Shown in pieces: positions 47,777 through 60,532 of a stretch of DNA of 64,000 bases; within the stretch, counting starts at the first letter, position 1; each line of letters opens with the position of its first letter. The translations under genes were made by a program, and so were the position numbers. Source of the DNA: Vezdaea acicularis (taxonomy: Eukaryota); contig JAPEUI010000090.1 in NCBI GenBank assembly GCA_026025075.1, positions 1-64,000 on the forward strand. Direction: 5' to 3'. The notes below the pieces were generated by a model. It made no database searches. It was not told the origin of the DNA and saw nothing but the letters and a program-made list of their open reading frames with translations.

Positions 47777-48344
47777 AGCGCTGTTGCTTGGAGCGCTAAA
47801 AGTAATTGCAATAAATTTGTATCCAAGGGAGGAGGGGGGTTAAACATTCTGAAGAGCACAGGCTTCAATGGCGTGGTAGTTTGACAACAATGCTTATTTG
47901 CATTCACAAAACTTTTCTCTGTCGGTGTCTACGTAGGACCATTTGGCCAACTTAAACTTGCTTGACGGTACTTACCTTCTTGTCTTATGCTGCTTTGATA
48001 TGTCAAAAGGGAATAACGACCAATATGCTATTCGGTGAGAGCGAGTAAAGATGTGAGACCGCGGAAATCCGGAAGCTAGTCAGACCCGAGCGCCCCGGCT
48101 CAGCAAGCAAGCCGCGGTGCTTTCTCCCATTGGACACTTATTTCTCCGGATATGGCAATAAGCTGGATCAAGCCACATGATTGTAGCATCGCCCGAATCG
48201 CCGACAAGCCCCTAAGCGAGCAATCTTAAAACGCCTGCACACGTACTCCTATGACATCGTGCAGGCGCTATGAAGCCTCCTTTCGTAAAAATTCTCAAAC
48301 CCAAGCCATCATCAAGTCTCGCTGGATATTAGATATTCGCTACG

Positions 48345-50209
48345 ATGATAGGGACTTCGATGACGGCTGTTGGTCTGCGGAACAGCTTTAATGCTCAACG
48401 AGCAAGCCCGAGAGGGCAGTTCCTGGCTCTCAACATTAATCTGTATGAATGCTTGTCCCAACATTATTTTTGCCTTGCTGATACGGCCACCCCGTAGAAT
48501 ACGCAATATAGTCTTTGTCTTCTTCATCCTTCGCTGGTCCCGCAAATCTTTCTTCAAGCTCCGTGGCCGAGGTATCTTTGGCACTGTTCAAGACGCCTAT
48601 CTCTCTGTTCGGCGGACACTCTATGGCTACTTCCTCAACGCTCCTGGGGTACGAGGCCAAGTAACAAAGCAGGTTACCGAAGCAATTACCGGCCTTGAGA
48701 AAAAACTTGTTCCATCGGGTCCTAATGTGGTGCGGCACCTTGCACTACCAAAGGAGGGATGGACGGACGAGCAAGTACGGGAGGAACTTGGAAATCTTGC
48801 GAATATGGAACACACGAAGTGGGAAGATGGCCTTGTGAGCGGAGCGGTCTACCATGGAGGTGATGAACTGTTAAAGCTACAGACAGAGGCGTTTGGGAAA
48901 TTCACCGTCGCGAATCCAATCCACCCTGACGTGTTCCCTGGCGTGAGGAAGATGGAGGCGGAGGTTGTTGCGATGGTAAGACTATTATCTCTGGCTTTCT
49001 AGTGCGCAGTACTTACTTGGACCTTGCATAGGTCCTTGCTATGTTTAATGCACCTAAAGATGCAGCGGGTGTTAGCACTAGTGGTGGCACCGAGTCTATT
49101 CTTATGGCCGTCCTCTCTGCTCGTCAGAAGGCTTTGAAAGAACGGGGCATCACGGAGCCAGAACTGTAGGGTTCACCTTCGCCCTCTGATGCCCCCTATA
49201 CTAACATCTTGCTAGGATCCTTCCCGAAACCGCTCACACCGCGTTCCGTAAAGCCTGCAACTACTTTGGAATAACTATGCATCTCGTTCCCTGCCCTGCT
49301 CCTAGTTACACTGTCTCCCTCCAAGCCGTCAAACGTCTAATCAACGGCAACACAATCCTTCTAGTAGGCTCAGCCCCTAACTTCCCCCACGGCCTCATCG
49401 ACGGCATATCCGGTCTCTCTGCTCTCGCTGTCCGCTATTCCCTCCCGCTTCACGTCGACTGCTGTCTCGGCTCTTTCCTTGTCCCTTTCCTCGCACGTGC
49501 GGGCTTCGAAACTACACCATTCGACTTCAGCCTTAAGGGCGTTACTAGTATCTCTTGCGATACACATAAATACGGTTTCGCGCCCAAGGGCAACAGCGTT
49601 GTCCTCTATCGTAGTAGGGCGCTCCGCGCATATCAATATTTCATCTCTCCCGACTGGTCCGGCGGCGTCTACGCTTCTCCTGGCATTGCTGGCTCTCGAC
49701 CTGGTGCTCTCATCGCAGGGTGCTGGGCGAGCATGATGCGCGTTGGTGAGGCTGGGTATATCTCATCATGCCATCGTATCGTTGGCGCTGCGAAGAGGCT
49801 CGAGGCTGCAATTAGGGAGGACCCCGTGCTTAACGAAGATCTGAGGGTCTTGGGTAAGCCGCTAGTTAGCGTTGTTGCTTTCACTAGCGATTCTCTCGAT
49901 GTCTATGATTTGGCGGATGGCATGAGCGCCCGCGGATGGCATTTGAATGCCCTACAGGATCCACCAGCGATACACGTAGCCGTTACACTACCGATTGTAG
50001 CAGCTCTGGACAAGCTCATTGCGGACCTGGTAGGCGCCGTAGAGGCAGAGAAAGAAAAAGAGAGAGTTCGAGTTGCGGAAGGCAAAGGCGCAAAAGGCGG
50101 CGCCAAAGGGGATACAGCCGCCTTATATGGCGTTGCTGGGAGCTTACCGAATAAGAGCGTTGTAGAGCAGTTGGCGGCTGGATTTCTCGATACTCTGTAT
50201 AAAGCCTGA
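48345..50209 (+). CDS. DPL1: Sphingosine-1-phosphate (sphinganine-1-phosphate) lyase (4 exons)
   Basis: VSGAVYHGG, NPIHPDVFPGVRKMEAEVV, TSGGTESIL, HVDCCLGSF, PLP-lysine SISCDTHKYGFAPKG, GSRPGALI; start codon inferred. Confidence 0.93.
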
Positions 50210-50661
50210 AATGATCACGGAAGGCTAGACATGGGTTGCATGGGATGGCGCAAGCTGGTAAATGCTTGATGTATTGTATTATTGCCCTGTACTTATAAGG
50301 AATAACAGTCTTTTGAACGAGTACCTCGCCTTTACTGAGACCTTGTAGTAATGTTATGTGGGAATGACCAATGAAAGCAGCGAGCGGTAGCAGTCTTGCT
50401 CAGCCGTAGGCTTATTGCCTTAGCATTCTGTTGCACGATGACTGGATCTACAGATTCTTGATCTCGTTGCATCCAGCTCCGCCTAAGCGTATGCCGCAGT
50501 CTGGCCCTCTGAAGGATTAGACTGATACAGTTCAATGAGCCTGGCATATGATACAACCACTCCCAAGATCCAACCAAGCTGCCAGTAGCACCGCTAGGTC
50601 TTTCTCTCATTTGTTCGATCATCGGTCCTCTCCCCTAGTCCCCCTTTTGCGACCCGCCCTC

Positions 50662-50922
50662 TCACCGTGGCATCGCGCTCTCAACATAATATCCCGGATC
50701 CGGCCTCCTCTGCTCCCTCTGCTCCTGCTTACTCAAAGCATGTTCCACCTCTTCTACATCGACCAACTCCTTCACTTTCATTATTTGCCCCGCGACGTCC
50801 GGCGTTACGGGGTGGTAGACGGTGCGCATTCGCTTTCTTAGGCCCAAGGCGGCGAGGACGCCGCGCGTGCGCATGGGAAGGCCGATCGCGCTGCGCATTA
50901 GGGTTATTCGAAAGTAGGCCAT
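50662..50922 (-). CDS. MRPL33: Mitochondrial ribosomal protein uL30m
   Basis: [16 protein letters not shown]...[13 protein letters not shown]...[11 protein letters not shown]. Confidence 0.93.
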   Translation of the reverse strand: MAYFRITLMRSAIGLPMRTRGVLAALGLRKRMRTVYHPVTPDVAGQIMKVKELVDVEEVEHALSKQEQREQRRPDPGYYVESAMPR

Positions 50923-51317
50923 TGTAGAAAAGGTATAGTGAGGGGTCGTGGGAGATGTGTGAGGTCGCGTCGAGGAATTGACATGTAGGGGGAGTATATG
51001 GGAAGAAACGAATTACGGGGATAACCTAGGAGGGAAAGTGAAGTTAGTATTGCTGCGCTGAAATCAGATCCACACGGGCATAGAGATGGGACCATTTCAC
51101 CTCAGTACATCTTCGCGGTGTGTTCCAAACTATGTAATAACTTCCGGCGGCGCTCGAGGTGAACTATAATGTTACCTCGTTGTCGGTATCTAAGTTCGAA
51201 ATTTTCGAATCAGACTGAAGCGACTGCTCGTTACTATCCTATCGATGAACGTCCTGCACAACACCTCACCCATGAACATGGCTTAAGGCCAGCGCGACAC
51301 CACGGCTCATAATTACT

Positions 51318-53591
51318 ATGAGTGATGCGCAAGCTATCACGGTGAAGCTCGCCGAGCTCCTCCGCCAGCCAGAAGACCTTGACAAAATCCCCGCCCTTAA
51401 GTCCGAGTTCCTACGGAAGAAGTCCGTCGTTGATGGGCAGCTCAAGCTCGGCCTCAAGGAGCAGCTCGAAGTCACACAAGATGGCATCACATCAATCACG
51501 GACGGGCAGAGGACCGTCAATCTTATCAAGGAGGAGATGATGAAGATCGACAAGCTCTGTGCTGAGGCGCAGATTCGCGATTTCCCCAATATCAACCTTG
51601 TCTCGCAGACACACCGGAATTTTGGGAATGTAGAACGTATGAAGGCGGACTTGGAGGCCTTCAATGATCAGCTTACGAGGGTGGATCGGCTGATTGAGGA
51701 AGACGAGTACGATATTCGACATCCGCAGGGGCAGGTGCGGATGCCGAACCTGATTCCAGCGCATTACGAATTGACTAAGTTGAGGAATATCCGGGATGAC
51801 GCAATAGATCAGATACGGAAGGCGGAGGATACGTCGCTACAAAGTACTTTGGAGGACTATTTCTCAAGATTGGATGTTACTATTGATCGCTTTGACAGCA
51901 ACATTGACTATATCTGCGAGAATATCATCGGTTTTGTCGCCAATGATGGCGGTGGCTTAGTGGTACGGATGGCGGTAGTAATCGAAGATGAGGAAAAGAA
52001 TGATCTCAGAGCGCAGCAATTACAGGATGCTCAGAGGGACTACAAGGAGCTGGCAGCACGCTTTAAGTCAATCACTACGGGCCATCGAGAACTGCGAAAT
52101 TACAAGCAACGGCTGCTTGACCATATCAGGAAGCACGCAGAAGTCCAATTGGAAGAAACAAAGTATGCTTTTGAGGGTGACACAAGTCAGCTCTCGAAAG
52201 CACTTAGATGGTTCTACCAGGAACTATTCACGGTACAGCAAGGGCTCGTCAAGCTGATGCCAAAGAAATGGAGGATCTTCAAGACCTATGTAGGGATCTA
52301 CCACAACCTAATGCACGACACTCTCCTACACTACGTCAATTCGGACGACGCAGGTGCAGATCAGCGCCTTGCAATCATCAACTATGTTCCAATATATTAC
52401 CAAAAGATGGATAAGCTCCAGGTGCCAATAGATTGGCTGGATCCACATGTCCTCGACAATCGTGAAGAGGAAGTTGAGCGCGACTGGCGCGACGAGATTA
52501 TTGGCAAGTGTGACTCTTATACAGCTACTATAATGAGATCAGACAAGAGCAAATTCCTTAGCCGCAATATCGAGGGCCTGCGCACAGATGATGCCGATCT
52601 ACCTCGGACACCTGGCAACTTCGATCTCTGGAAGCTCTTTCATTCACAACTCGATATTGCTGCAAGTGCTTCCCGCGACTCGATCTTGGAAGGCGTTGTC
52701 TCGAATATATTCCGGATCTTGCGGCTACGGCAAGAAACATGGTTGTCACTTGTTGACTCTGAAGTTAGCAAGATGACCAACAACCCCAATCAAGGTTCAA
52801 CAGAATGGCTGGAGGACCGTCACTCTCTCGAGTTCTGGCTCGTGGCTATCGCCAATGACCAAATTAATGCTATCGACGATGACCCTTCCACAGGACATGT
52901 TGGTTTCCTTTCGGCATTCCAAGCCGCATTAACACCTCTCTGCAACCCCAATTTTCTTGGTCATGCGAGTCAGCAGCTAGAAGCTATCCGCATCGCCTAC
53001 ATTGATGTTGCTACACGCTGTACAGAGGCGCTTGCAGCTCTGGCTCTGCTTGATGTACAACCTGCCGTGGTAAAGCTATTTACCCCCGCCTGGTACAACG
53101 AGCAGTTGATGAGCACTATTCTCTTGACGTGCACGGACGTCGTCCGCGAGTACAATGAAGGCCTGCTGCATGCCATCCTATACGACATCTTTGCGGAGAA
53201 TTTGCATGAGGCTGTGCTTGTGCAGTACCTCTCGGCGGTACGTAATAAGAATGCAAAGTTCAAGCGCTCAGACCGGTTCTTAGATCAGTTCCGTAGCGAC
53301 TTAGAGGAAGTCCTAGCGTTTCTAGATGGGTTTACAGATGCGGCGAGGCTAAAGGACGACTGGAGGGTTGTGGATCGGCTTACAAGAGTGCTTAGTTGTG
53401 AGAAGTTGAAGGTGCCGGATGAGGTTGAGGGCTTTAAGAGGGTGGCACCTGACTTGCAGGCCGGTTGGGTGGAAGCGGTGATCAGAGCGAGAGACGACTG
53501 GGACAGAGGCATGTTGAGATCAGCGAAGGCGAAGATGGTGGGAGTAGGGGTAAGGGGGGATGTGAAGAGTGTTATGAGTAAGGTAAAGTGA
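51318..53591 (+). CDS. SEC6: Exocyst subunit Sec6 (single exon)
   Basis: LAELLRQPEDLDKIPALKSEFLRKK, HYELTKLRNIRDDA, LMPKKWRIFKTY, WLVAIANDQI; 757 aa helical protein. Confidence 0.92.
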   Translation: MSDAQAITVKLAELLRQPEDLDKIPALKSEFLRKKSVVDGQLKLGLKEQLEVTQDGITSITDGQRTVNLIKEEMMKIDKLCAEAQIRDFPNINLVSQTHRNFGNVERMKADLEAFNDQLTRVDRLIEEDEYDIRHPQGQVRMPNLIPAHYELTKLRNIRDDAIDQIRKAEDTSLQSTLEDYFSRLDVTIDRFDSNIDYICENIIGFVANDGGGLVVRMAVVIEDEEKNDLRAQQLQDAQRDYKELAARFKSITTGHRELRNYKQRLLDHIRKHAEVQLEETKYAFEGDTSQLSKALRWFYQELFTVQQGLVKLMPKKWRIFKTYVGIYHNLMHDTLLHYVNSDDAGADQRLAIINYVPIYYQKMDKLQVPIDWLDPHVLDNREEEVERDWRDEIIGKCDSYTATIMRSDKSKFLSRNIEGLRTDDADLPRTPGNFDLWKLFHSQLDIAASASRDSILEGVVSNIFRILRLRQETWLSLVDSEVSKMTNNPNQGSTEWLEDRHSLEFWLVAIANDQINAIDDDPSTGHVGFLSAFQAALTPLCNPNFLGHASQQLEAIRIAYIDVATRCTEALAALALLDVQPAVVKLFTPAWYNEQLMSTILLTCTDVVREYNEGLLHAILYDIFAENLHEAVLVQYLSAVRNKNAKFKRSDRFLDQFRSDLEEVLAFLDGFTDAARLKDDWRVVDRLTRVLSCEKLKVPDEVEGFKRVAPDLQAGWVEAVIRARDDWDRGMLRSAKAKMVGVGVRGDVKSVMSKVK

Positions 53592-53896
53592 TGGCAGTAT
53601 ATCTAGGTAGGCGTTTGGCGCCGCGAACTTCTTGAGGGGGAGGAGCGATACTCCGCATTCAAATTAGAATGATGTACCATAGAATTATCTTACTCTTAAA
53701 TTACAAGAGATCCTTCCAGAGATTGCGGTAAATCTTTTGAATATATGAAAACCGCTCGCTAAAACCTTCACCCAATCGGCCCCAACTTCAAGAAGCGTGC
53801 TGGGAGGAGAACAGATTGACCTTACCTTCAGCCAGCCTAGGGCTCTAATTCTCAACATCTTGCCAGCTAGACCTTGGGCGCGCGTGGACTTCCGCC

Positions 53897-55044
53897 ATGC
53901 CTTCCCGGATTAATATTCCGCCCCTGACGCGGATACTGCTCCTCGTCCAATTCGCGCTCTCTTTGATCCATGGCATCGTCCGCCTAAACGGATCCCACCG
54001 ACCTCTGCTTCTCAACGGCATCAATGACCCCTCGTACCCGCTCCCCTTCCTGACGATCGTTCCGGCGCAATCTATATTGTATCCATGGGTGTTCTTGATA
54101 GCGAGTTTGGTGGAGTATAGTGTCTTGACCTACGCAATCTCGGCGGCGACCCTGTTCTATGGCGGGAAATACCTCGAGCGGGCGTGGAGCTCGACGGCCT
54201 TTGCGAAGTTCCTGCTCGTTGTGGCCTTGGTTCCGAATATCCTGACAACAGTGATGTTCGTGCTGGGATTTGCAATTTTAAGGGCCCCGGCGCCGCATTC
54301 GAGCATCAATGGAGGCGTTGCGATGCAGGCCGCTTTCTTAGTAGCTTTCAAGCAGCTGGTCCCGGAGCATACGGTTACAATCGCGAAGGGCATCATCAAG
54401 ATCCGGGTGAAGGTACGTCTTCTCAGTCCTTAAACTATGCGGGTGGTACTTACTGTCTCTAGCATTTCCCTGCCCTATTCCTTCTTTGGCACCTCGCCTG
54501 GGGCATTCTATACGGCACACGCGCCTCTATGAGCCTCGCATTCTTTGGTTTCTTGGCATCATGGGTCTACCTACGCTTCTACAAAGTCTCCTTCCCCGAT
54601 CTCGACGTCTCTCAACCCGCGTCTCTCCGAGGCGATGCATCTGAAACCTTTGCATTCGCCTACTTCTTCCCTGAACCGCTACAGACGCCTATCGCATCCG
54701 TGGCCGATCAAATCTACCATGTTCTGATAGCAACGAAAATCTGTACACCTTTCTCCGCTGCGGACGTAGACGCAAGCAATACACAGGCGGCACAAAGGGG
54801 CGAGGGCGGGTTGTCAAGTTTGATGAACAGGGGTGCACCAGCTCCTGGCAGTACCAGGGCAGAGGCAGAGAGGAGGAGAGCATTAGCTCTGAAAGCTTTG
54901 GATCAGAGACTCCATGCAGCAACTAGCAAGCCTGCGGCAGCAGCTGGGCCTTCAGCACCCTTAGGGGGATCCTCCATGCTGGGGGAGACAACCTATGCGC
55001 AAGAGGAACACGACGAGAGTGGGAAGAGGACAGGTGAGCCTTGA
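53897..55044 (+). CDS. DUF1751 / TMEM115-like rhomboid-fold Golgi membrane protein (intron ~54413-54462)
   Basis: GGKYLERAWS, AFLVAFKQLVPEHTV, SWVYLRFYK, RGDASETFAFAYFFP, AERRRALALKALDQRL. Confidence 0.88.
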
Positions 55045-55863
55045 TTGTGCTTTTCGCAGCAATAGACCAGGTGGTCTTGTATATGCTTACCATGTGATGA
55101 GAAATCTCGGCGTAAGGGTCTCTTTTTCTTTTCAGCTAAATCCATACCACAGAGTCTAGAGGTTGTGTTTGTACAAAATCTTGAAGTAAATATGAGCTCA
55201 CGCTTGTCGGTGCTGTACACCAAGCTGCAGCTGCAGTTTGAGGTTTCTTTGCTTTGCCTCTGCCTTTTTTCTACCAGTCTCCAGATCAGCGCACATGCAC
55301 TTTATCTGCAATTACAGAAAAGATGCGTCAAGTGGCTGCGGTGCGAACAATTGATGCTTTATATACTCTTCTTAGCTGTGAATCTCCGCCAATTGATGGG
55401 GGCAGAATGGTGCAGCGGTTAGATGCCTCACTAGAATGACGCCGTGAAACCAAAGGCCACGTTTCGTCGCGAGACTCGTCGCAATCCATTTGTTGAGATA
55501 GATACTGCGAGATGCTTCAAACCTCCCAGGGGTGAGATGGCGCCCCCCCACATCGGACAAGATTTTTGCTTTTGTGCTAATAGCTTCTAAAATCATGTAG
55601 ATTGAGTGAGAGTAATCTACCTCTGAGCTTCGAGTTGGCGTTTTGGTACGACTTTTAAGCACTTGGCTTGTCCTAGGGTAGACACCGGGGAACCAAGACG
55701 AATACTTATACTTTCCCGACTGCTGCGATATATTCCCCTGCATTGCAGGGATTAGCCTAGCGCGAGCCGATCCCGCGTATCGATAAACGGAAATTTTGAA
55801 CATTTCGGCACACCTTGGAAAAAGCTTCGCGAGGAATGCCAAAGCTTCAAAATGGTGCCCGCA

Positions 55864-58800
55864 ATGTCTCTGGAAGCTAAGCTTGATAAGATTCGATCTC
55901 CAAATCTCCAGAACCAGAAAGAAGTTAATTTAATGCCACCCTGGTGCTCGCTGCTGCTTTGCTAACCAACCTGCAGAACGCAGTGGTGCTCTCAGCGCTC
56001 GAGGCCACAATCAGAGAACAACATGCGCAGCCCACCCCGACGGCATACTTTGCCGCCTTACTCGCGCTTTTGGGGCAATCAATATCCCAGGAATCTGGCA
56101 TCGTCAATAAAGAGCTTGCTACTGCAGTGGTGTATCTACTCGACATTGTGATACCATTCACCCCACAACCACTCCTCCGCTCGAAGTTCTACCAGATCCT
56201 TATACATCTCGCAACACCCTTGACGCACAAAGAAGCCGAAGCGCCTCTACTTAAGCCGGCGATAGGATGTCTAGAGACTCTGCTTGTTGCGCAGGACTCT
56301 GCATCATGGAGCTTGCCACCATCGCAAGTTGGTCCAAGAGCAGCAATGGCGCTGCTATTAGAGCTGGCGGTGGACCCCAGACCCAAGGTCAGGAAACATG
56401 CACAAGATGCCCTCAAGAAAGTCTTACAGAGTCCGCCACCAAGTCCTGCTCTAGATCATCCCGCGGCAGACTTGTGTGCGCAAACGTCGCTAAGGAGATT
56501 GAGTGAGCTCGCGCTTGCCGCTGGAAAGACGAAGAAAAGCAGGGGACATGAGAACGCGGGGCAGCATGAGCCAGCTCTGATACATGCCTTGCAACTTATC
56601 AAGGCGGTTGCCGCGGCGGCCGGGGGATGGCCAAGTAAGAAGATAGAGCCCCTGTGTGAAGTGCTTCTCAATATCTCAAAGTCCACCAACGAGTACTTGA
56701 CCATGGCCACTTTTGAGGTGTTTGAGATCATTTTTACTGGAATGGCAGACGATTTCAACTCTTCCAAGCTACCCCGTTTACTTGACGCGATCTCTGAACT
56801 ACGACCGTCGCAGAATGACTCTCAACTGCTCCCGCCATGGATTGCGATCATGTCGAGAGGGTACGAGGTATGGGCACAGGTAGATTCTCAAGAGACATTC
56901 CAAAAGCTGCCTGAGATTTTTGACCTGGTCGCTGGGTTTCTGGCATCCTCTGCGCACAATATAAGGGTTTCGGCGTCCGAGTGTTTGGTTTCCTTGCTAG
57001 AGAATTGCATACCCAATTCCGCTCTTCTAAGCCCATCGATATACGACGAAAAGGTTCTGGAGAAATTAGCTCGATTAGCAATTGGGCTTCTCAGTGTGAA
57101 TTATCAGGCAGCTTGGGTGGAAGTGTTTACGGTCCTTGTATCTATGTTCAGCTCTCTAAGCTGGAAGGCGAACCCAATCATGTTCGATGTGGTAAAGACA
57201 GTCGGCGAGCTAAGAGGTAACGACTCGTTCGCTGGGAAGAAGGAAGCGGACGAAGTGCTCGGATCTGCAGTCCGAGTAATGGGTCCGGAGGCGATTCTTA
57301 AGCTCTTGCCTCTAAATCTCATGAAACCTAAAGCCGGTCAACCTGGTCGAGCTTGGCTTCTGCCAATTCTCCGAGATCACGTATGGGCAGCGAACCTGAT
57401 GCATTTTAGGAGCGAGTTTGTGCCCTTGAGCGAGGTTATGTTTCAGAGAGTGCTCGATCATGGAGAGGCAGAGAAAACGATGGAGATAAAGATTTATGAA
57501 ACCTTGGTGCAGCAGATTTGGGCACTCTTACCAGGATACTGCGAACTGACCCAAGACCTGCCACAGGTAAGTTATACCACAATCGCGATGCTTGGCACAG
57601 CGAGACTGATGCCGTCGTCCGGTAGGCGTTTGACCAAGGATTCGCTGAATTGATCTCGAATCTGCTCTATCAACAAGTGGGACTGCGGGTCGATATCTGC
57701 AGAGCGCTGCATAGCCTAGTCCAATCTAACCAATCGATTCTGCAGGTTCCAGAAGACGAAGAGTTGTTATTGCACATCATCTCCAAGGAGCGTGCTCAAA
57801 AAAGCCTAGACCACCTAGCAAGTCTTGCGGGGAACTTGCTTGCAGTGCTTTTCAATGTCTATAGCCAAACACTACCGCAGCACAGAGGCCATATCCTCAA
57901 ATGTATCGACGCGTACCTGGAAATTATCCCCCAGCAAGTAGGAGCCTCCTTCTGCTAGCTTGTGCGTCAAACACTAAATGGTTTATTAGGAGCTGATGGA
58001 AACCTTCACCCGAGTCACAACCGCTCTCGAAGGCTCTCTCGTAGAGGCTGGTCCGCAAACTCAAGCATCCAAACAGAAGCAACAAGGCCAACCCGCCGCC
58101 GACAAGATGCCACCCATGAGCCACACCCTTATGGACCTCGTCATTACTATCTCCGTGCATCTTCCCCGTGAGAGCTTCTCTACCCTCTTCCAAATCGCCT
58201 CGGTGATTATTACAAAGGACAACGACGCCCAGCTCCAGAAGAAGGCGTACAAGCTGATCCCTCGACTCGCCAGCACGCCCACCGGCAGCGAAGCGCTACA
58301 AACCCGCTCCGAAGAAGTGCAGCACCTCCTCCTTGCCAGCGCCTCAACCACCTGCATCCCTTCCCGCCGCGACCGCCTCCTCGCCCTCTCTACCGTCGTC
58401 TCCTCGCTCTCGCCCACCAGCCTCCACTTCATCCCCACCATCCTCTCCGAAGTCGTCATCGCCTGCAAGGAGACGAACGAGAAAGCGCGCACCGCCGCCT
58501 TCGAGCTACTGACCCTGATGGGCCGCCGCATGGCCGAAGGCGGACTCATCACCGCCGCCAAAGTCCCGCATCTAGGCCCCGATGCCGCAGACATCCCGGC
58601 GACCCTGGAAGAGTACTTTACGATGCTCGCGGCCGGCCTGGCAGGCGGTTCGCCGCACGTAGTCGCCGCCTCCGTCGCAGCCCTAGCGCGCTGCCTGTAC
58701 GAATTCGGCGACGAGCTCGCGGACGAGACCAAGTCCGAGCTCGTGCAGACGATGGACCTCTTCCTGACCTCGCCCAACCGCGAGATCGTCCGCGCCGTGC

Positions 58801-60038
58801 TGGGCTTCGTCAAAGTCGCCGTCATCGCCCTGCCCAAGGCGATGGTGCAGCCCCGCCTCGCCTCGCTGGTGCCGCATCTCCTGGCATGGGGCAAGGAGCA
58901 TAAGAACCAGTTCAAGGCAAAAGTCAAACATATCATGGAGCGCCTGATGCGCCGGTTTGGTACGGAGATTGTGGAGAAAGTCACGCCGGAGGAGGACTGG
59001 AAGTTAGTGAGGAATATCCGCAAGGCGAAAGATGCGCGGAAGCGCCGCAAGGACGCTGCGAAAGACGACGGCGAAGAGGAGGACGAAGAGGCGGGAAGCG
59101 ACGCGCCCAACGCCCCCCACTCTCGCCGCTCCCGCCAATTCGACAGCGCCTTCGACGAAGTGGCATACGGCTCCGACTCCGACGTCTCCGCCCTCTCCAA
59201 CCCCGCAGACTCGGACGACAACCCCACCCGTAAGCGCCACGGCAGGGGAAGTACCACCACCACCACCGCCGCCGCCGCTACGAAAAAGCGTGGTAGCAGG
59301 ACATACATCCACGAAGACCCGGACGAACCCCTCGACCTCCTCGGCACATCCGCACTCGCACACCTCTCCTCCACCAAACCGCCCAAACGCGGCGACGGTC
59401 TGGTCAGCACCAGGAAACGCGGCGTCCAGCTCGATGTTGACGGGAAATTGGTTTTTCGAGAAGGGGGTGCGGATGGGGAGGCTATGCTTCTTGAACCTGG
59501 TGCTGATGCTAACGGGAATGGAAACGGGGATAGGGATTTGGGGGTAAAAACGGGAACAGGAGCCTACCTCGAAGCCCTCAGCGGGAAACACGCCGTCCAG
59601 CGCGGGCGAGGCGGGAAATTGAAGTTTCGCGGGGCGGGCACGAGGCGCGATGGCCGTGGTCATCCTAATGCTGATCCCGATGCTGATGGCGATGCGGATG
59701 GTGATCAGATGGATCTCGATGTTGACCAGGATGCGACGGCGGCCAGACAAGGCCGGGATATGTCACTTAACGCTGGAAGAAGTGGCGCGGGGAGAGACTT
59801 TAGGGCGGGGAGGGGAGCCCTTGGTGGACGAGGACGAGACGGGGGAAGGAGTAGGGGCAGAGGGAGAGGAAATAGTGGGAGAGGCGGAGGCGGGGGTGAT
59901 CGTCCTGCACGCTTCGGGGGACGGGGAGGCGTTGTCAAAAGCACTCGAGGCGGTCGAGGCGGGAGGGGGAGTGCTGGGAGAGGGGGGAGTGGTGGGCATG
60001 GAGGTAGAGTAAGGGCAGGGAGGGCGCGGGGGGGATAA
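55864..60038 (+). CDS. RRP12: Ribosomal RNA processing protein 12 (NUC173/HEAT; 4 exons; alternative in-frame ATG at 55852)
   Basis: DPRPKVRK, RAWLLPILRDH, QIWALLPGYC, QLQKKAYKLI, REIVRAVLGFVKV, KVKHIMERLMRRFG; RGG-rich tail. Confidence 0.93.
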
Positions 60039-60532
60039 GTTGCTGTTTTCTCCTACTGTCCCTAGTCTGTCCGGCTCTTCTGTTCTGTTCTGTTGTAGTT
60101 GTTCGATAAGATGCTTGATACTACATCCCCTTTCCACATCTCTACTTTTGCTTTCCCATAGACGAGAGAGAGTCCACAAAAAATCAGCTAGGATGGCGGT
60201 GATACATCACGTCCCGCTAGTTACGTATATACGTGTATGTGTGAGAAAGAGGGGGGGGGGGGAGGAGACCTGATACACGAAAAGGCCAGACAACCCCCGA
60301 CATGACGAACGCGGACACTCTCGCCCATTCTAGGCGCGCAGGGCCATACACGTGCGGGGCATCCCGTTAAAAAAGGAGTATGTGAAAAAACGAGGAGAAG
60401 ATCCCCCAATCCCCCCGCTCCTCCCACAGAAAAATTCCCAAACAGATCAGCCCCTCCAATATTGTCCCCCCAAAACGCCGACAGATGCCGCCACTCGATA
60501 CGCCAAGGAAGACCCCACGTAAACCATCCAAC

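Noticed and set aside
3450..55044. Apparent clustering of trafficking genes and of ribosome-biogenesis genes
   Set aside because: Both are large functional classes interspersed with unrelated genes; no evidence of a co-regulated cluster
55398..55550. tRNA-like stretch (A-box-like TGGTGCAGCGGTTAG; CTTCAAACC resembling a tRNA-Sec anticodon loop)
   Set aside because: No complementary acceptor stem, the anticodon stems do not pair, and there is no proper GTTCRA T-arm
55372..55842. 156-aa minus-strand ORF between the TMEM115-like gene and RRP12
   Set aside because: Non-ATG start, no recognisable motif, overlaps the RRP12 promoter
58061..59410. 449-aa antisense ORF (also 59004-59750, 60485-61150, 61918-62754)
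   Set aside because: Shadow ORFs of GC-rich RRP12 and Sif2-like coding sequence
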